Origin: Minisyncoccota bacterium
Lineage (GTDB): Bacteria; Patescibacteriota; Minisyncoccia; Phycocordibacterales; JAQTLZ01
Length of the DNA stretch: 64,000 bases
Assembly: GCA_028714635.1 (NCBI GenBank)
Contig: JAQTLZ010000003.1
Span: forward strand, 21,237 to 85,236
Direction: 5' to 3'
The notes under the pieces: generated by a model
Told to the model about the DNA's origin: nothing
The model's input: the letters and a program-made list of their open reading frames with translations, nothing else
Databases searched by the model: none
In this document: piece after piece, positions 54,788 to 64,000 of the stretch
Layout: each line of letters opens with the position of its first letter
Position numbering within the stretch: position 1 is the first letter of the stretch
Made by a program: the position numbers and the translations under genes

Positions 54788-56572
54788 CTATATCTTATAA
54801 AGATGGAGATTTTCTCCACTTTGGCCTATCTCTTGGAATTGAGAACAAAAAAATGGCTCTGAATAAACATATTTTATATCATAGCGTATTGCTACGCGAA
54901 TTTTTTCCTGACAACTAAGACTGATAAAGTCTAAATAAGGAAAAATCCTATTTGTTATCATCGACGGTTTCGTCTCGAGTGGGAAGTTATGCGTTGCTGC
55001 GCCGATCACCAGACCTTTCCACGGCGGAGCAATAAACTTTTTTCCGCGGATTGATTGAAAAAGTCGCAAATCATCTTCCGTCAAATATCTGTTCACTGCC
55101 GGTACTGTTACAAATTCTTTGTAGTTCCCTCTTTCATCTATAAATGAAAAAGTAAATTTTTGCCAGGAATTATCGGATGCATAAAACGGCATATGAAGAG
55201 CGTATGCGAGAATTATTGCAACACCACAAAACAGAAAAGTTTTTTCAGAAGAAATGCGGACAATACGCATCTTCGCCAACCATTCAATTATCGCCTCCAG
55301 GCCGATACCGGCCAACACAATAAGCATAAGTGACGTGATAATAATAACTCTAGAGTGCTCGATAAAAAAAATTTTGTTTACATACATATACACATACCAA
55401 TATAACAATCCTATTCCTGACACAATGATAAGATCGTAATATTTTTTATTCATAGCTGTGTACACACCGGCTACAGCCAAGAAGACAACAAAAAGAGGCA
55501 AAACATTCCACAGAGCGTAGGACGAAATACCCGGATTCAGATCCGGACGCAGAGCGTATGTATCGAATAGTTGAGCAAACGTCATATGCAAACGGCTCAA
55601 TAAAAGAAAACGGATAAATGCGAGAACTGAAAGGAAAGCGCAAAACGGAACGAAGGAGGGAAAAATGGTTTTGCTGGAATTTTTTTTCTGGAAACGTGCA
55701 AATCCGGCGATTAGTACCGGAACAGAGAAAACAACCATGGGGGGATACATAACAAGAGTAAGGAGAACGTAAAGCGTCGCGTTCATATACTTTCCTTGTC
55801 TCTGTGAAATAATCTGCCAAAGCAAAAAGATAAGTCCGAAAGTAAGAGGAATCAGAATCCAAAGTCCAGCCACGTTTCCACTATTCAGAATGGAAAGCGC
55901 AAAAAGCATAGTTGCGGCTGCAATATAAGTATTGACCTCGTAAGCTTTAAGAGTAGCGTACACAGACGCCCCGATTATAACCCCAAAGAAGATCGCAAAA
56001 AGATAATACTGGGTAACCGGATTGAGGCCTGTGAGCAAAAATATTTCTGCAAGCAAAGAAGAAAAAGCAAAAAGAATATTGGGGACAAATGACGCACCGG
56101 GAGAAAACGGATTGGCAAGGGGCAGAGCGTTATTGTCGATGGTATAATTCACCAACGAAGCGGTAACCCATTCGTCAGAAAAGAACGGGTAAACATAGGA
56201 GCTGTGAGAGACGTGTTTAAGACCTTGGAATGTATCTACGGTGCCAGTATAAAAACGATGCACCATAAACAATTGAACAAAAATGATGAGAAGCGCTAGG
56301 AAGAATATCCAATTATTTTTAAGCGGCAGGAGAGATAGTGATTCCCTTCTTTTGAAAATGATGACAAGCCAAGCGAGTGCGTATAGCGCAAAAAATCCAA
56401 GTATAATAGGGTATTTAAAAATGTGAAAGAATTGCGTACCAATTGAAACCGCGAGGTAAAAGAGAGCACTGTAGGAAAATATCTTCAAAAACCCATCGAT
56501 CGCAGATTTATACGTAAATATCGCCAGATACGGAAAAAATAAAAAGACAATTCCTATGATAAGATAGAACAT
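54788..56572 (-). CDS. Polytopic GT-C-type membrane glycosyltransferase (ArnT/PMT-like), putative
   Basis: 594 aa with more than 12 TM. Divergently adjacent (14 bp) to a polyprenyl-phosphate sugar synthase-like GT2. No motif-level proof. Confidence 0.4.
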   Translation of the reverse strand: MFYLIIGIVFLFFPYLAIFTYKSAIDGFLKIFSYSALFYLAVSIGTQFFHIFKYPIILGFFALYALAWLVIIFKRRESLSLLPLKNNWIFFLALLIIFVQLFMVHRFYTGTVDTFQGLKHVSHSSYVYPFFSDEWVTASLVNYTIDNNALPLANPFSPGASFVPNILFAFSSLLAEIFLLTGLNPVTQYYLFAIFFGVIIGASVYATLKAYEVNTYIAAATMLFALSILNSGNVAGLWILIPLTFGLIFLLWQIISQRQGKYMNATLYVLLTLVMYPPMVVFSVPVLIAGFARFQKKNSSKTIFPSFVPFCAFLSVLAFIRFLLLSRLHMTFAQLFDTYALRPDLNPGISSYALWNVLPLFVVFLAVAGVYTAMNKKYYDLIIVSGIGLLYWYVYMYVNKIFFIEHSRVIIITSLMLIVLAGIGLEAIIEWLAKMRIVRISSEKTFLFCGVAIILAYALHMPFYASDNSWQKFTFSFIDERGNYKEFVTVPAVNRYLTEDDLRLFQSIRGKKFIAPPWKGLVIGAATHNFPLETKPSMITNRIFPYLDFISLSCQEKIRVAIRYDIKYVYSEPFFCSQFQEIGQSGENLHLYKI

Positions 56573-56586
56573 GCAATTAGCATACT

Positions 56587-57753
56587 ATGGCTACCAAAAA
56601 TTCTGAAACCCCAGTCGAAATAAGCATCATCCTCCCCTGTCTCAACGAAGAGAAATCAATAGGCGGGTGTCTAGAGGAGATCAAATCGGTCATAGAAAAA
56701 AATGCTCTCAAGGCGGAGGTCATTGTGATTGATAATGATTCAACGGATGACACAGCAAAAATTGTTTCAGGCCTTCTGCCGTCTTTCACCAATCTCCGTC
56801 TCATCAAAGAAACGAGACGCGGATACGGCAGAGCATATCTAACAGGGTTTAAATATACGCAAGGAGATTATTTCTTTATGGCTGATGCCGACGGGACATA
56901 CGATTTCAAAGATATACCCCGATTCGTAGAGAAACTCAAAGAGGGATATGAATTAGTGGTAGGAAATAGATTCAGGGGAATGATGGCGGAAAAATCAATG
57001 TCATGGCACCACAAGTACATCGGCAATCCGATACTCTCTTTCTTGGCCAAAAAATTCTTTGGGATAGAGATAAGCGACATCCACTGCGGAGAAAGAGCTT
57101 TATCGAAAAAAGCTTTTGAGAAAATGACTTTATACACCGCGGGAATGGAATTCGCTTCTGAAATGATCATCAAAGCGGCAAAAGCCAATCTTAAGATCAC
57201 CGAACTCCCCGTGAGTTACGAGCCAAGAATCGGCGAATCGAAACTCCGTTCATTCCGAGACGGCTGGAGGCATTTACGTTTTATTTTCCTCTACTCCCCG
57301 CTTGTTCTCTTTCTCATTCCCGGCATTATTCTTTTTTCTATAGGTCTTATCTCAATATTAGTCCTCTATTTTGGCACATTCTCTCTTGGAAACATCCGCC
57401 TTTCTCTCCATCCAATGTTTCTTTCAGCAGGATCGATCATAGCGGGCTACCAACTCATCTATTTTGCTCTTTTTGCCAAAACATACGCCATCACCCATAT
57501 GGGTGAAAAAAGCGAACTATTTGAAACACTTTTCAAATACATTACGATTGAGAGCGCCGGTATCACCGGGATGGCCTTCATTCTCTGCGGCACGGCGCTC
57601 TATAGTTTTATTGTCTATCACTGGATACATCAAAATTTCGGTAGTTTGAACGAAATCAAAAATTCAATTGCTGCTCTTACCTTGCTCGTTATAGGAGTGC
57701 AAACAATCTCCTCATCCTTTATGCTAAGCATCATAGGCATCAAAGAAAGATAA
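56587..57753 (+). CDS. GT2 glycosyltransferase of the polyprenyl-phosphate-sugar synthase type (DPM1/ArnC/GtrB-like) with C-terminal TM helices
   Basis: ISIILPCLNEEKSIGGCLEEI...EVIVIDNDSTDDT...FFMADADGTYDF (DxD), followed by ~4 C-terminal TM helices. Confidence 0.75.
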   Translation: MATKNSETPVEISIILPCLNEEKSIGGCLEEIKSVIEKNALKAEVIVIDNDSTDDTAKIVSGLLPSFTNLRLIKETRRGYGRAYLTGFKYTQGDYFFMADADGTYDFKDIPRFVEKLKEGYELVVGNRFRGMMAEKSMSWHHKYIGNPILSFLAKKFFGIEISDIHCGERALSKKAFEKMTLYTAGMEFASEMIIKAAKANLKITELPVSYEPRIGESKLRSFRDGWRHLRFIFLYSPLVLFLIPGIILFSIGLISILVLYFGTFSLGNIRLSLHPMFLSAGSIIAGYQLIYFALFAKTYAITHMGEKSELFETLFKYITIESAGITGMAFILCGTALYSFIVYHWIHQNFGSLNEIKNSIAALTLLVIGVQTISSSFMLSIIGIKER

Positions 57754-57765
57754 AATCAATTTAAA

Positions 57766-59010
57766 ATGAGAATCTTTGGAGTAGAGATCAGCAAAGAATA
57801 CAGGAATCTTATAATCATAGCTCTATTCTATGTAATTTTCTTGTTGCTATTCATAGGAAAATTTAATTTTAATCCAAGCGCGACGATTGAGTTTTCTCAA
57901 GCATTCCAAAATAGCCTTGCTAAGAGCCTACCGCACTTGAGTTTGCCGGAAGGTATCGTGATCCACAAGACTAATGGTTTTGACGGCCAATATTATTATG
58001 CTTTGGCATTAGATCACTCTCTCAGCAATTTAAAGAATATGCCGATGGGTACAAATTTTATGCAAAGATTACTGTATCCATTCCTAGCACTCTTATTATC
58101 CCTAGGATTCCCGATCCTGCTTCCGGGTATGCTTATTGCTATAAACATAGCAGCAGTCCTTGTAAGTAGTTACGTCCTAATGTTACTCTTGCGGAAATAT
58201 GCCGCAAACCCAAATTGGGTTTTCTTGTGGAGTTTTTCGGTAGGATTATTGATAACCGTAAGCAGAGATCTGACAGAACCCCTAATGATGGTGCTTATTG
58301 CTCTTTCAGTTTATTTTTGGGAACAAAAAAAAGATTATTTAGCGACACTATGTCTTTCGCTGTCTCTCTTGACCAGAGAGCTGGCGTTAACTTTTTTTGT
58401 AGCAATACTACTGTATCTCGTATTATCGCGAGAATGGAAGAAACTATGCTACTATTTGCTGGCAATTATACCTTTTTCTATATGGGAATTCATACTATAT
58501 TTGAATCTTGGAACCTTGCCCGTTTTCAAATCCAGAGAGGCTCTTTCAACAAACCCCATCTCATCGTTTGATTATCTTAATAAAGCTCCGGCAAATGTTC
58601 ACAAATATATCCTCCAGCCCTTAGTAAATCATTTAAGCTCTTCTCAAACATTTGATTACTTATCTCAGATCAATAAGATCTTCAGTCCTTTACCTGTAGT
58701 ACTTTTTATCATTATTTTAATAATTATATTAATCTATTTTTTTTATAAAGACCGAATGATAACGATGTACACAGTACTACTCGTCTCACAAGTTGCCTTG
58801 ATACTGTTATTACAGAAAGATCTTTTGTTTCATGAGGAAGTAGATGCCATAGGGAGATATATACTTGGGATCTCATTTTTCTCTCCAATATACTTTGCTG
58901 AAAGGAAAAAGAAATATAACACCGTCTTAATTATCCTGATCGTATTGTCTTCTTTAGCATATTTCGTGCAAAGAGTTTTAATACCAAAAGGAGGGTTTTT
59001 CATAACATGA
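57766..59010 (+). CDS. Polytopic membrane protein, possible GT-C/DUF2029-like glycosyltransferase
   Basis: About 12 TM and a DGQYYYALA loop motif. Function inferred from context only. Confidence 0.3.
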   Translation: MRIFGVEISKEYRNLIIIALFYVIFLLLFIGKFNFNPSATIEFSQAFQNSLAKSLPHLSLPEGIVIHKTNGFDGQYYYALALDHSLSNLKNMPMGTNFMQRLLYPFLALLLSLGFPILLPGMLIAINIAAVLVSSYVLMLLLRKYAANPNWVFLWSFSVGLLITVSRDLTEPLMMVLIALSVYFWEQKKDYLATLCLSLSLLTRELALTFFVAILLYLVLSREWKKLCYYLLAIIPFSIWEFILYLNLGTLPVFKSREALSTNPISSFDYLNKAPANVHKYILQPLVNHLSSSQTFDYLSQINKIFSPLPVVLFIIILIIILIYFFYKDRMITMYTVLLVSQVALILLLQKDLLFHEEVDAIGRYILGISFFSPIYFAERKKKYNTVLIILIVLSSLAYFVQRVLIPKGGFFIT

Positions 59011-59792
59011 GCACTCTGTTTAAAAATACGTACTCAAACATTCGAGGTATATTTGGATTAAGTTTCCAGATCGCAAAAGCCGAATTTAAATTAAGAAATG
59101 AAGGCAGTTATCTTGGTATTTTGTGGTACCTACTCAACCCGATTTTGACCTTTCTTCTTCTCTATCTGATCTTTGCAGACAGATTGGGAGACACTATCCC
59201 CCGCTATCCTCTCTACCTTCTCCTTGGTATTATTATTTTCAACTTCTTTCAATCAACAACCCTCGAAGCAACGAGGTCTATAATCGAAGTCCATAATCAC
59301 CTGATAAAATCAATCAATTTCAGAAGAGAATCACTGATCCTCGCGATTGTAGTCAAAAATCTTTTCTCTCATATTTTCGAGATAGCACTTTTCTTTCTTA
59401 TATTAATTTTCTTTCATGGAAATCCCGTGGGCATTTTTTATTACCTGCCAATTCTGCTTTTCTTTCTGCTCTTTACCTTTGGCTCCGCCCTTATTTTATC
59501 TTCCCTGACTGTGTTCTTTGTTGATCTCGATAATATTTGGAATTTCGCAGTGAGATTGATTTGGTTTGGAACACCTATTTTTTACTCGATCCAAAACCAG
59601 ACAAAACTTTTCTATCTAAATTTAGCAAACCCAGTCTATTACTTCATAACACTGGCGAGAGATACTGTTATATACCATAAAATACCCGAATGGTGGATCA
59701 TGGGAGGAGCAGTGGGATTCAGTTTCCTAACATTCGCCCTGGGGTATTGGGTATTTCACGTCTTAAACAAAAAGATGGCAGAATTGATATGA
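59007..59792 (+). CDS. ABC-2 type polysaccharide/teichoic-acid export permease (Wzm/TagG-like)
   Basis: 6 TM, with the N-terminal EFKLRNEGSYLGILWYLLNPIL motif of ABC-2 permeases. Confidence 0.7.
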   Translation: MSTLFKNTYSNIRGIFGLSFQIAKAEFKLRNEGSYLGILWYLLNPILTFLLLYLIFADRLGDTIPRYPLYLLLGIIIFNFFQSTTLEATRSIIEVHNHLIKSINFRRESLILAIVVKNLFSHIFEIALFFLILIFFHGNPVGIFYYLPILLFFLLFTFGSALILSSLTVFFVDLDNIWNFAVRLIWFGTPIFYSIQNQTKLFYLNLANPVYYFITLARDTVIYHKIPEWWIMGGAVGFSFLTFALGYWVFHVLNKKMAELI

Positions 59793-60517
59793 TGAGAATA
59801 AGCGTTAAAAATATTTCTAAGGACTTCAAAATTGGTTTTCAAAAAAAGCAAAGTACTTTAACATGGATACATTCGGCATTTTCAGGAAAAGAACACAAAA
59901 AGCAGATGCGAATATTAGACAATATTTCTTTCGAGATTGACTCAGGAGAAGTACTGGGAATAATCGGCACAAATGGTTCTGGGAAGAGTACCCTACTGCG
60001 AATCATTGCCGGGATTTATTCATCTGATTTAGGTGAAATTACTGTCGACGGCAAGATAATATCAATCATAAATCTCGGGGTTGGGATGAAAGAACGGCTC
60101 ACCATGAGAGAAAATGTTTTTCTCGTAGGATCACTTTTTGGAATGGGTGGGAAAAAAATAAAAGAACGTTTTCATTCCATAGTCGCATTTTCCGAACTCC
60201 AGGAATTTATAGATACTAAAATATATCAGTTCTCAGCAGGGATGATTCAGAGGTTAGCTTTCTCTATAGCGATACATGCAGACCCAGAGATTCTCTTATT
60301 AGATGAAGTATTTGAAGTCGGCGATGAGAGCTTCAGAAAAAAAAGTTCTGAAAAAATAAAGGAACTTGTCCATAGAGGAGCCTCTGTTATATTCGTAACC
60401 CATGATCTTGATATGATAAAAAAACAATGTCACAGAGTTATATGGCTAAGCGATGGAAAAATAAAAATACAGGGTAGAACAGAAGAAGTTACCGAGAAAT
60501 ACGTCAAGCAGAGTTAA
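59789..60517 (+). CDS. ABC transporter ATP-binding protein (Wzt/TagH-like)
   Basis: Walker A GTNGSGKSTLL, signature FSAGMIQRLAFS, Walker B LLLDEVFEVGDE. The ATG overlaps the upstream stop (ATGA), and the track ORF 59690.. is an in-frame upstream extension. Confidence 0.85.
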   Translation: MMRISVKNISKDFKIGFQKKQSTLTWIHSAFSGKEHKKQMRILDNISFEIDSGEVLGIIGTNGSGKSTLLRIIAGIYSSDLGEITVDGKIISIINLGVGMKERLTMRENVFLVGSLFGMGGKKIKERFHSIVAFSELQEFIDTKIYQFSAGMIQRLAFSIAIHADPEILLLDEVFEVGDESFRKKSSEKIKELVHRGASVIFVTHDLDMIKKQCHRVIWLSDGKIKIQGRTEEVTEKYVKQS

Positions 60518-60539
60518 CTTTTGTCCAGACAAAAAAATA

Positions 60540-61406
60540 ATGAACCAAAAAGTATCGGTGCTTATCCCAGTCTATAACGGTGAGGAAACTCTCCATGAGA
60601 GTTTGGAATCAGTTTCGAATCAAGCCTATGACAATTACGAGGTCATTGTCGTTGATAATAACTCGAAAGACAGAACGAAAGAAATTATTTATGATTTTAT
60701 AGAGAAATATAGAAATATAAAATATGTCTTCGAACTAAAAGTCGGAAGAGGAGCCGCTCGAAACGCTGGAATTCGCGAGGCGAATGGAGAAGTTATTCTC
60801 ATGACTGATGCTGACTGTACCGTACCGAAAGATTGGATTGAAAAAATGACAGCATTGATTAGACGTGGGGAAGAATCCGTCATCATGGGATTTGAAGAAG
60901 ATATCATTAAAAATTATTGGACAAAAAACATTCAAGATAGTAATTGGAATCTTATCAAAGAAAACTCAGAAAACGGGTATACTCGACATTTGGATACTAA
61001 AAACTTTGCCATAAAAACAAGTTTGATGAAGGAATTGATGTTTGACGAAACAATGAAATGTTTAGAGGATTTAGAGTTTTATCTTAGACTAATAGAAAGA
61101 TCCAGGATAAAGTTATTAGATATGATAAAGGTTAATCATTATCACAAAAGTAGCGGTATAGGTTGGTCTAAAGTCCAAATCGATAGGGGGTATTGGTCAT
61201 ATAAAATCTACAAAAAATACCGAAAAAAAAATAACTTTGCTAGATTGACTATGTTTAAGAGTCTTAGCATCACTGCACAAGTATTTTTTCCATTTTGGCT
61301 TATCTTCCAGATGATAAGAGACCCGAGACGATTTCCCTTCGTATTTGTTTCGGAAATTTCGTGGAGAGTGGGAACACTAAAAGAAATGATAGTGAAAAAT
61401 AACTAA
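60540..61406 (+). CDS. GT2-family glycosyltransferase
   Basis: VSVLIPVYNGEETL...YEVIVVDNNSKDRT...LMTDADC (DxD). Confidence 0.8.
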   Translation: MNQKVSVLIPVYNGEETLHESLESVSNQAYDNYEVIVVDNNSKDRTKEIIYDFIEKYRNIKYVFELKVGRGAARNAGIREANGEVILMTDADCTVPKDWIEKMTALIRRGEESVIMGFEEDIIKNYWTKNIQDSNWNLIKENSENGYTRHLDTKNFAIKTSLMKELMFDETMKCLEDLEFYLRLIERSRIKLLDMIKVNHYHKSSGIGWSKVQIDRGYWSYKIYKKYRKKNNFARLTMFKSLSITAQVFFPFWLIFQMIRDPRRFPFVFVSEISWRVGTLKEMIVKNN

Positions 61407-61409
61407 AGA

Positions 61410-62390
61410 TTATTTCTTTACTTTCATTAATGTAAAATAAAAACGAGGATAGTCTTTTTTTAAAAAAATACCGAGTAGACCTATTCTTCTGTCAAGAAAA
61501 TAATAAAACTCAAAAATTATCAAAAACACCCTCAACACGCCGATAGAAAACCAACGCTGCTCCATGTCTTCTCCACTAAATATTCGATAGCCTGTGCTCG
61601 TCACATTTAAATCAATTGCATCAGCCTTTTCTAAATTATTTTTCCACTCATCATAAAAGGGACTATCAAAAATCCATGGTTTCTTGGATTCTATAAAATG
61701 TACTACGGCCCCATCAATTTCCTCAGGTTTTAAAAGTCTTATCCACATTGGAACAATAACATTATAGACACTACTTAATTTCTTCCACCGTTCATAAAAA
61801 TAAAGATTAAAGATTGGCTGATCGTGGTATATCGCATTCTTATGGTATATCGTAAGAAGTTGGCACAATCTCTCAAAAGAATTTTCGGTAATAATATCAG
61901 TACTAAAGGCCATCACGCCGGCATTAAAAGTCGGTGCATTGGGTTTAAATGATTCTTTAAATTTTTTAAATGACTCGTCTTCAGAGTTTGTAAAACGAAA
62001 CTGATATCTTAATGAACGCCAGCCGATTTTATCAATAACTGCGTTAAATCCATGCACATGAGTTAGTGCTTCCAATGAATATCTCACAATGATATCAGCA
62101 TCAAGATAGACAATAGTGTCCCACTTTTTGAATTCGGGAGTGAAGAGGTAAAACTTTGTTAAACAAACAAGAGATAAAGATCCGGTCGGGGCAACTCTAC
62201 TAATAGGTGCGCAATGCTTTACCAAAATACCTTTGTTTCGAAACCAAGTGAGGTCTTTTTCTGGTACCTCATGGGCAAGAAGCATATAGTCGCCCTGCCA
62301 GCCGGCATTCCAATAGACGGAGGAAAAAAGCTGTTTAGCTTGGTCTAGGTAATTTTTGTCCGCGAGAGTGACAAAGAGTGATTTTTTCAT
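61410..62390 (-). CDS. Glycosyltransferase family 8, paralog 3, with a C-terminal hydrophobic/amphipathic extension
   Basis: MKKSLFVTLADKNYLDQAKQLF, IVYLDADIIV, FNAGVMAF and HFIESKKPW. The C-terminal ...DRRIGLLGIFLKKDYPRFYFTLMKVKK is shared with the ORF at 63261. Confidence 0.7.
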   Translation of the reverse strand: MKKSLFVTLADKNYLDQAKQLFSSVYWNAGWQGDYMLLAHEVPEKDLTWFRNKGILVKHCAPISRVAPTGSLSLVCLTKFYLFTPEFKKWDTIVYLDADIIVRYSLEALTHVHGFNAVIDKIGWRSLRYQFRFTNSEDESFKKFKESFKPNAPTFNAGVMAFSTDIITENSFERLCQLLTIYHKNAIYHDQPIFNLYFYERWKKLSSVYNVIVPMWIRLLKPEEIDGAVVHFIESKKPWIFDSPFYDEWKNNLEKADAIDLNVTSTGYRIFSGEDMEQRWFSIGVLRVFLIIFEFYYFLDRRIGLLGIFLKKDYPRFYFTLMKVKK

Positions 62391-62408
62391 TGGTTTCTTT
62401 TGTCGATA

Positions 62409-63218
62409 TTATAAAAACCAGTTCCTCCACGAAGAATCTTTTTTCTTGAAATTGTATTTTTCTGTCCAGTACCAGGTATGAGGAAGAGAGAACCCCCCAT
62501 CGACGCTCAAAACCTGACCAGTAATGAAAGAGGCCTTCTCTGAAACAAGAAAGACCATAGCGTCACCTATGTCTTTCGGAGTACCTGGACGTCCGATAGG
62601 AACATACTGATTAAGACCAGTATTGTCTTCTCCCTCTTTCTCGGTGAGACCTGGGGCGACAGCATTAACTCTAATACCGAACTCTGCCACCTCCAAAGCA
62701 AAATCTTTTACAAACATATCAACAGCAGCTTTTGTGGCGGAATAAAATGGACGGCCACGGGTGATCTTCCCATGAACAGAAGAAGTGAAGAGAATAGAGC
62801 CTCTTATTTTTTTCTCGATCATCATCTTTGCCACATTTTTTGCCAAAAGAAAGGGGCTGATTGCATTTATATCAAAAATTTTTCGAGCTTCTTCTGTGGA
62901 AGTCCCAAATACACCCTGAGGTGGAGTTATTCCCACATTGTTTACAAGAACATCAATTCGGCCATACCGCGTGAGAGTTTCTTCTACCAGAAGGCGTGTT
63001 TCCTTATCATTCTGAATATCCATTTGAAAAGGTAAAATATTTTTGCATACTTTTTCAAGCTCGCGAGCTGTTTTTTCCAATTTTTCTGCATTAATATCCG
63101 CAAGCACTAATGTAGCTCCTGCCTCTGCCATTTGGAGAGCTATACCTTTGCCGATGCCTTGGGCAGAGCCCGTTATGATTACAACTTTATCTCTGAGCAT
63201 GTAACAGTCATTATTCAT
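62409..63218 (-). CDS. SDR-family oxidoreductase
   Basis: KVVIITGSAQGIGKGIA (TGxxxGIG), NNVGI, then YSATKAAV (the YxxxK catalytic motif). The start may be the internal MLRDK. Confidence 0.85.
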   Translation of the reverse strand: MNNDCYMLRDKVVIITGSAQGIGKGIALQMAEAGATLVLADINAEKLEKTARELEKVCKNILPFQMDIQNDKETRLLVEETLTRYGRIDVLVNNVGITPPQGVFGTSTEEARKIFDINAISPFLLAKNVAKMMIEKKIRGSILFTSSVHGKITRGRPFYSATKAAVDMFVKDFALEVAEFGIRVNAVAPGLTEKEGEDNTGLNQYVPIGRPGTPKDIGDAMVFLVSEKASFITGQVLSVDGGFSLPHTWYWTEKYNFKKKDSSWRNWFL

Positions 63219-63260
63219 TTTGTTTCAATGATTGTAAAGCGTATTCATAAAAGAACAGAA

Positions 63261-64000
63261 TTATTTCTCTGAAGTCTTCAGAGCAAAATACAGACGCGGG
63301 AAATATTTCTTTAAAAAGTGACCGACCAAACCGATGTCTCTATCAATTATTGGTCTCATAAATTTACCGAAAATAGCAGCTTTTTCGAAAAAAGTAAGTC
63401 CTTTTGTGCCGGCTCTCCATCCGGCTCTATCCCTCTGAATCATCCCCCAAAAGGAGTCTCCGTAATTGTAAGAAGAAAGAGAAAAATATAAGCGTTCATT
63501 TTTTGAAGGATGCACAGACTGAAGGCTATGTATCACTTCCTTGGGGATATAAACTGAAAAAACTTCATGAAGATAGAGGAGTGCGGAGAGAAATTTTACG
63601 CTGATTTCCAACCTTTTCGCTTCTTCCACAATTATATCCCAATTCAAATGAGTATTTTTTAAAATAGTGACAGCGTCAGCAATCCAGCGACAGCGAGTGA
63701 AGGGTGCCCCGTCGAAACCCCAACCAACGCCATGAACACATGTCTGCAGAAAATGATCTTCAGGGGAAAGCGTAAGTACACTTGGACCAAAACCACCTAT
63801 CGCTTGAGCCCGTTTCCAAAAATTATCATCAGCACCGCGCTGGCATGCCTCGTGAATGACATGCCAATGGAGATCGATGCCCACGTCGTACTTCCTTTCT
63901 TTTTTTTCAAAATCTATCGAATGGTGAAATCGGGGATGGTATAAAGAGAGCTTCCCTTTTGCTGTAAATCCTTCCTCAAGAATAATCTGTGTCGCTTTGG
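63261..64000 (-). CDS. Partial (5' end beyond the window) nucleotidyltransferase-like protein with the same C-terminal tail motif as GT8 paralog 3
   Basis: The reading frame continues upstream of the first in-window Met to the window edge. It carries a DLHWHV motif and a C-terminal ...DRDIGLVGHFLKKYFPRLYFALKTSEK. Functional call is weak. Confidence 0.3.
   Translation of the reverse strand, partial: KATQIILEEGFTAKGKLSLYHPRFHHSIDFEKKERKYDVGIDLHWHVIHEACQRGADDNFWKRAQAIGGFGPSVLTLSPEDHFLQTCVHGVGWGFDGAPFTRCRWIADAVTILKNTHLNWDIIVEEAKRLEISVKFLSALLYLHEVFSVYIPKEVIHSLQSVHPSKNERLYFSLSSYNYGDSFWGMIQRDRAGWRAGTKGLTFFEKAAIFGKFMRPIIDRDIGLVGHFLKKYFPRLYFALKTSEK

Overview
This window is low-GC (about 40-45%), gene-dense and mostly SD-less, and looks like a reduced bacterial genome. 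My inference is a CPR/Patescibacteria-like episymbiont, suggested by archaeal-type PGI/PMI and UMP kinase, RNase J, a giant surface protein and many leaderless promoters. The dominant feature is a 14.6-kb gene (2409..16979, minus strand) for a 4,856-aa secreted protein. It has an N-terminal signal anchor, four modules of Gly/Cys-rich ~14-aa beta-helix-like repeats that each end in a tail-fibre-like cap motif, and a Pro/Thr-rich C-terminal tail. It appears co-transcribed with two tandem GT8 glycosyltransferase paralogs, and a third GT8 paralog sits in a distal glycan-export cluster. The rest of the window contains secG, an orphan family-5 SBP, RNase J, an MFS transporter, a CAP-domain protein, and an 8-gene sugar/central-metabolism operon on the minus strand. 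Two ~135-150-bp MITE-like inverted-repeat elements, each with 5-bp flanking direct repeats, sit exactly at the start codons of two glycoside-hydrolase genes. There is a GC-rich (~65%), SD-bearing xylose-isomerase-like gene that is probably horizontally acquired. I also see an unusual four-gene operon: an acidic disordered protein, a compact N-domain-less Clp/Hsp100 ATPase, a small coiled-coil protein and a VirD4/TraG-like P-loop ATPase. It is preceded by a structured leader/ncRNA with an intrinsic terminator. Further clusters are a Ppx/GppA-NUDIX-CYTH-HD cluster, a MarR plus MacAB-like efflux operon, a glycogen cluster (GlgA, GH57-like, GH13) and a polyprenyl-phosphate glycosylation plus ABC-2 export cluster. 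I found no rRNA, tRNA or CRISPR. All functional calls come from motif recognition by eye; no database searches were run.
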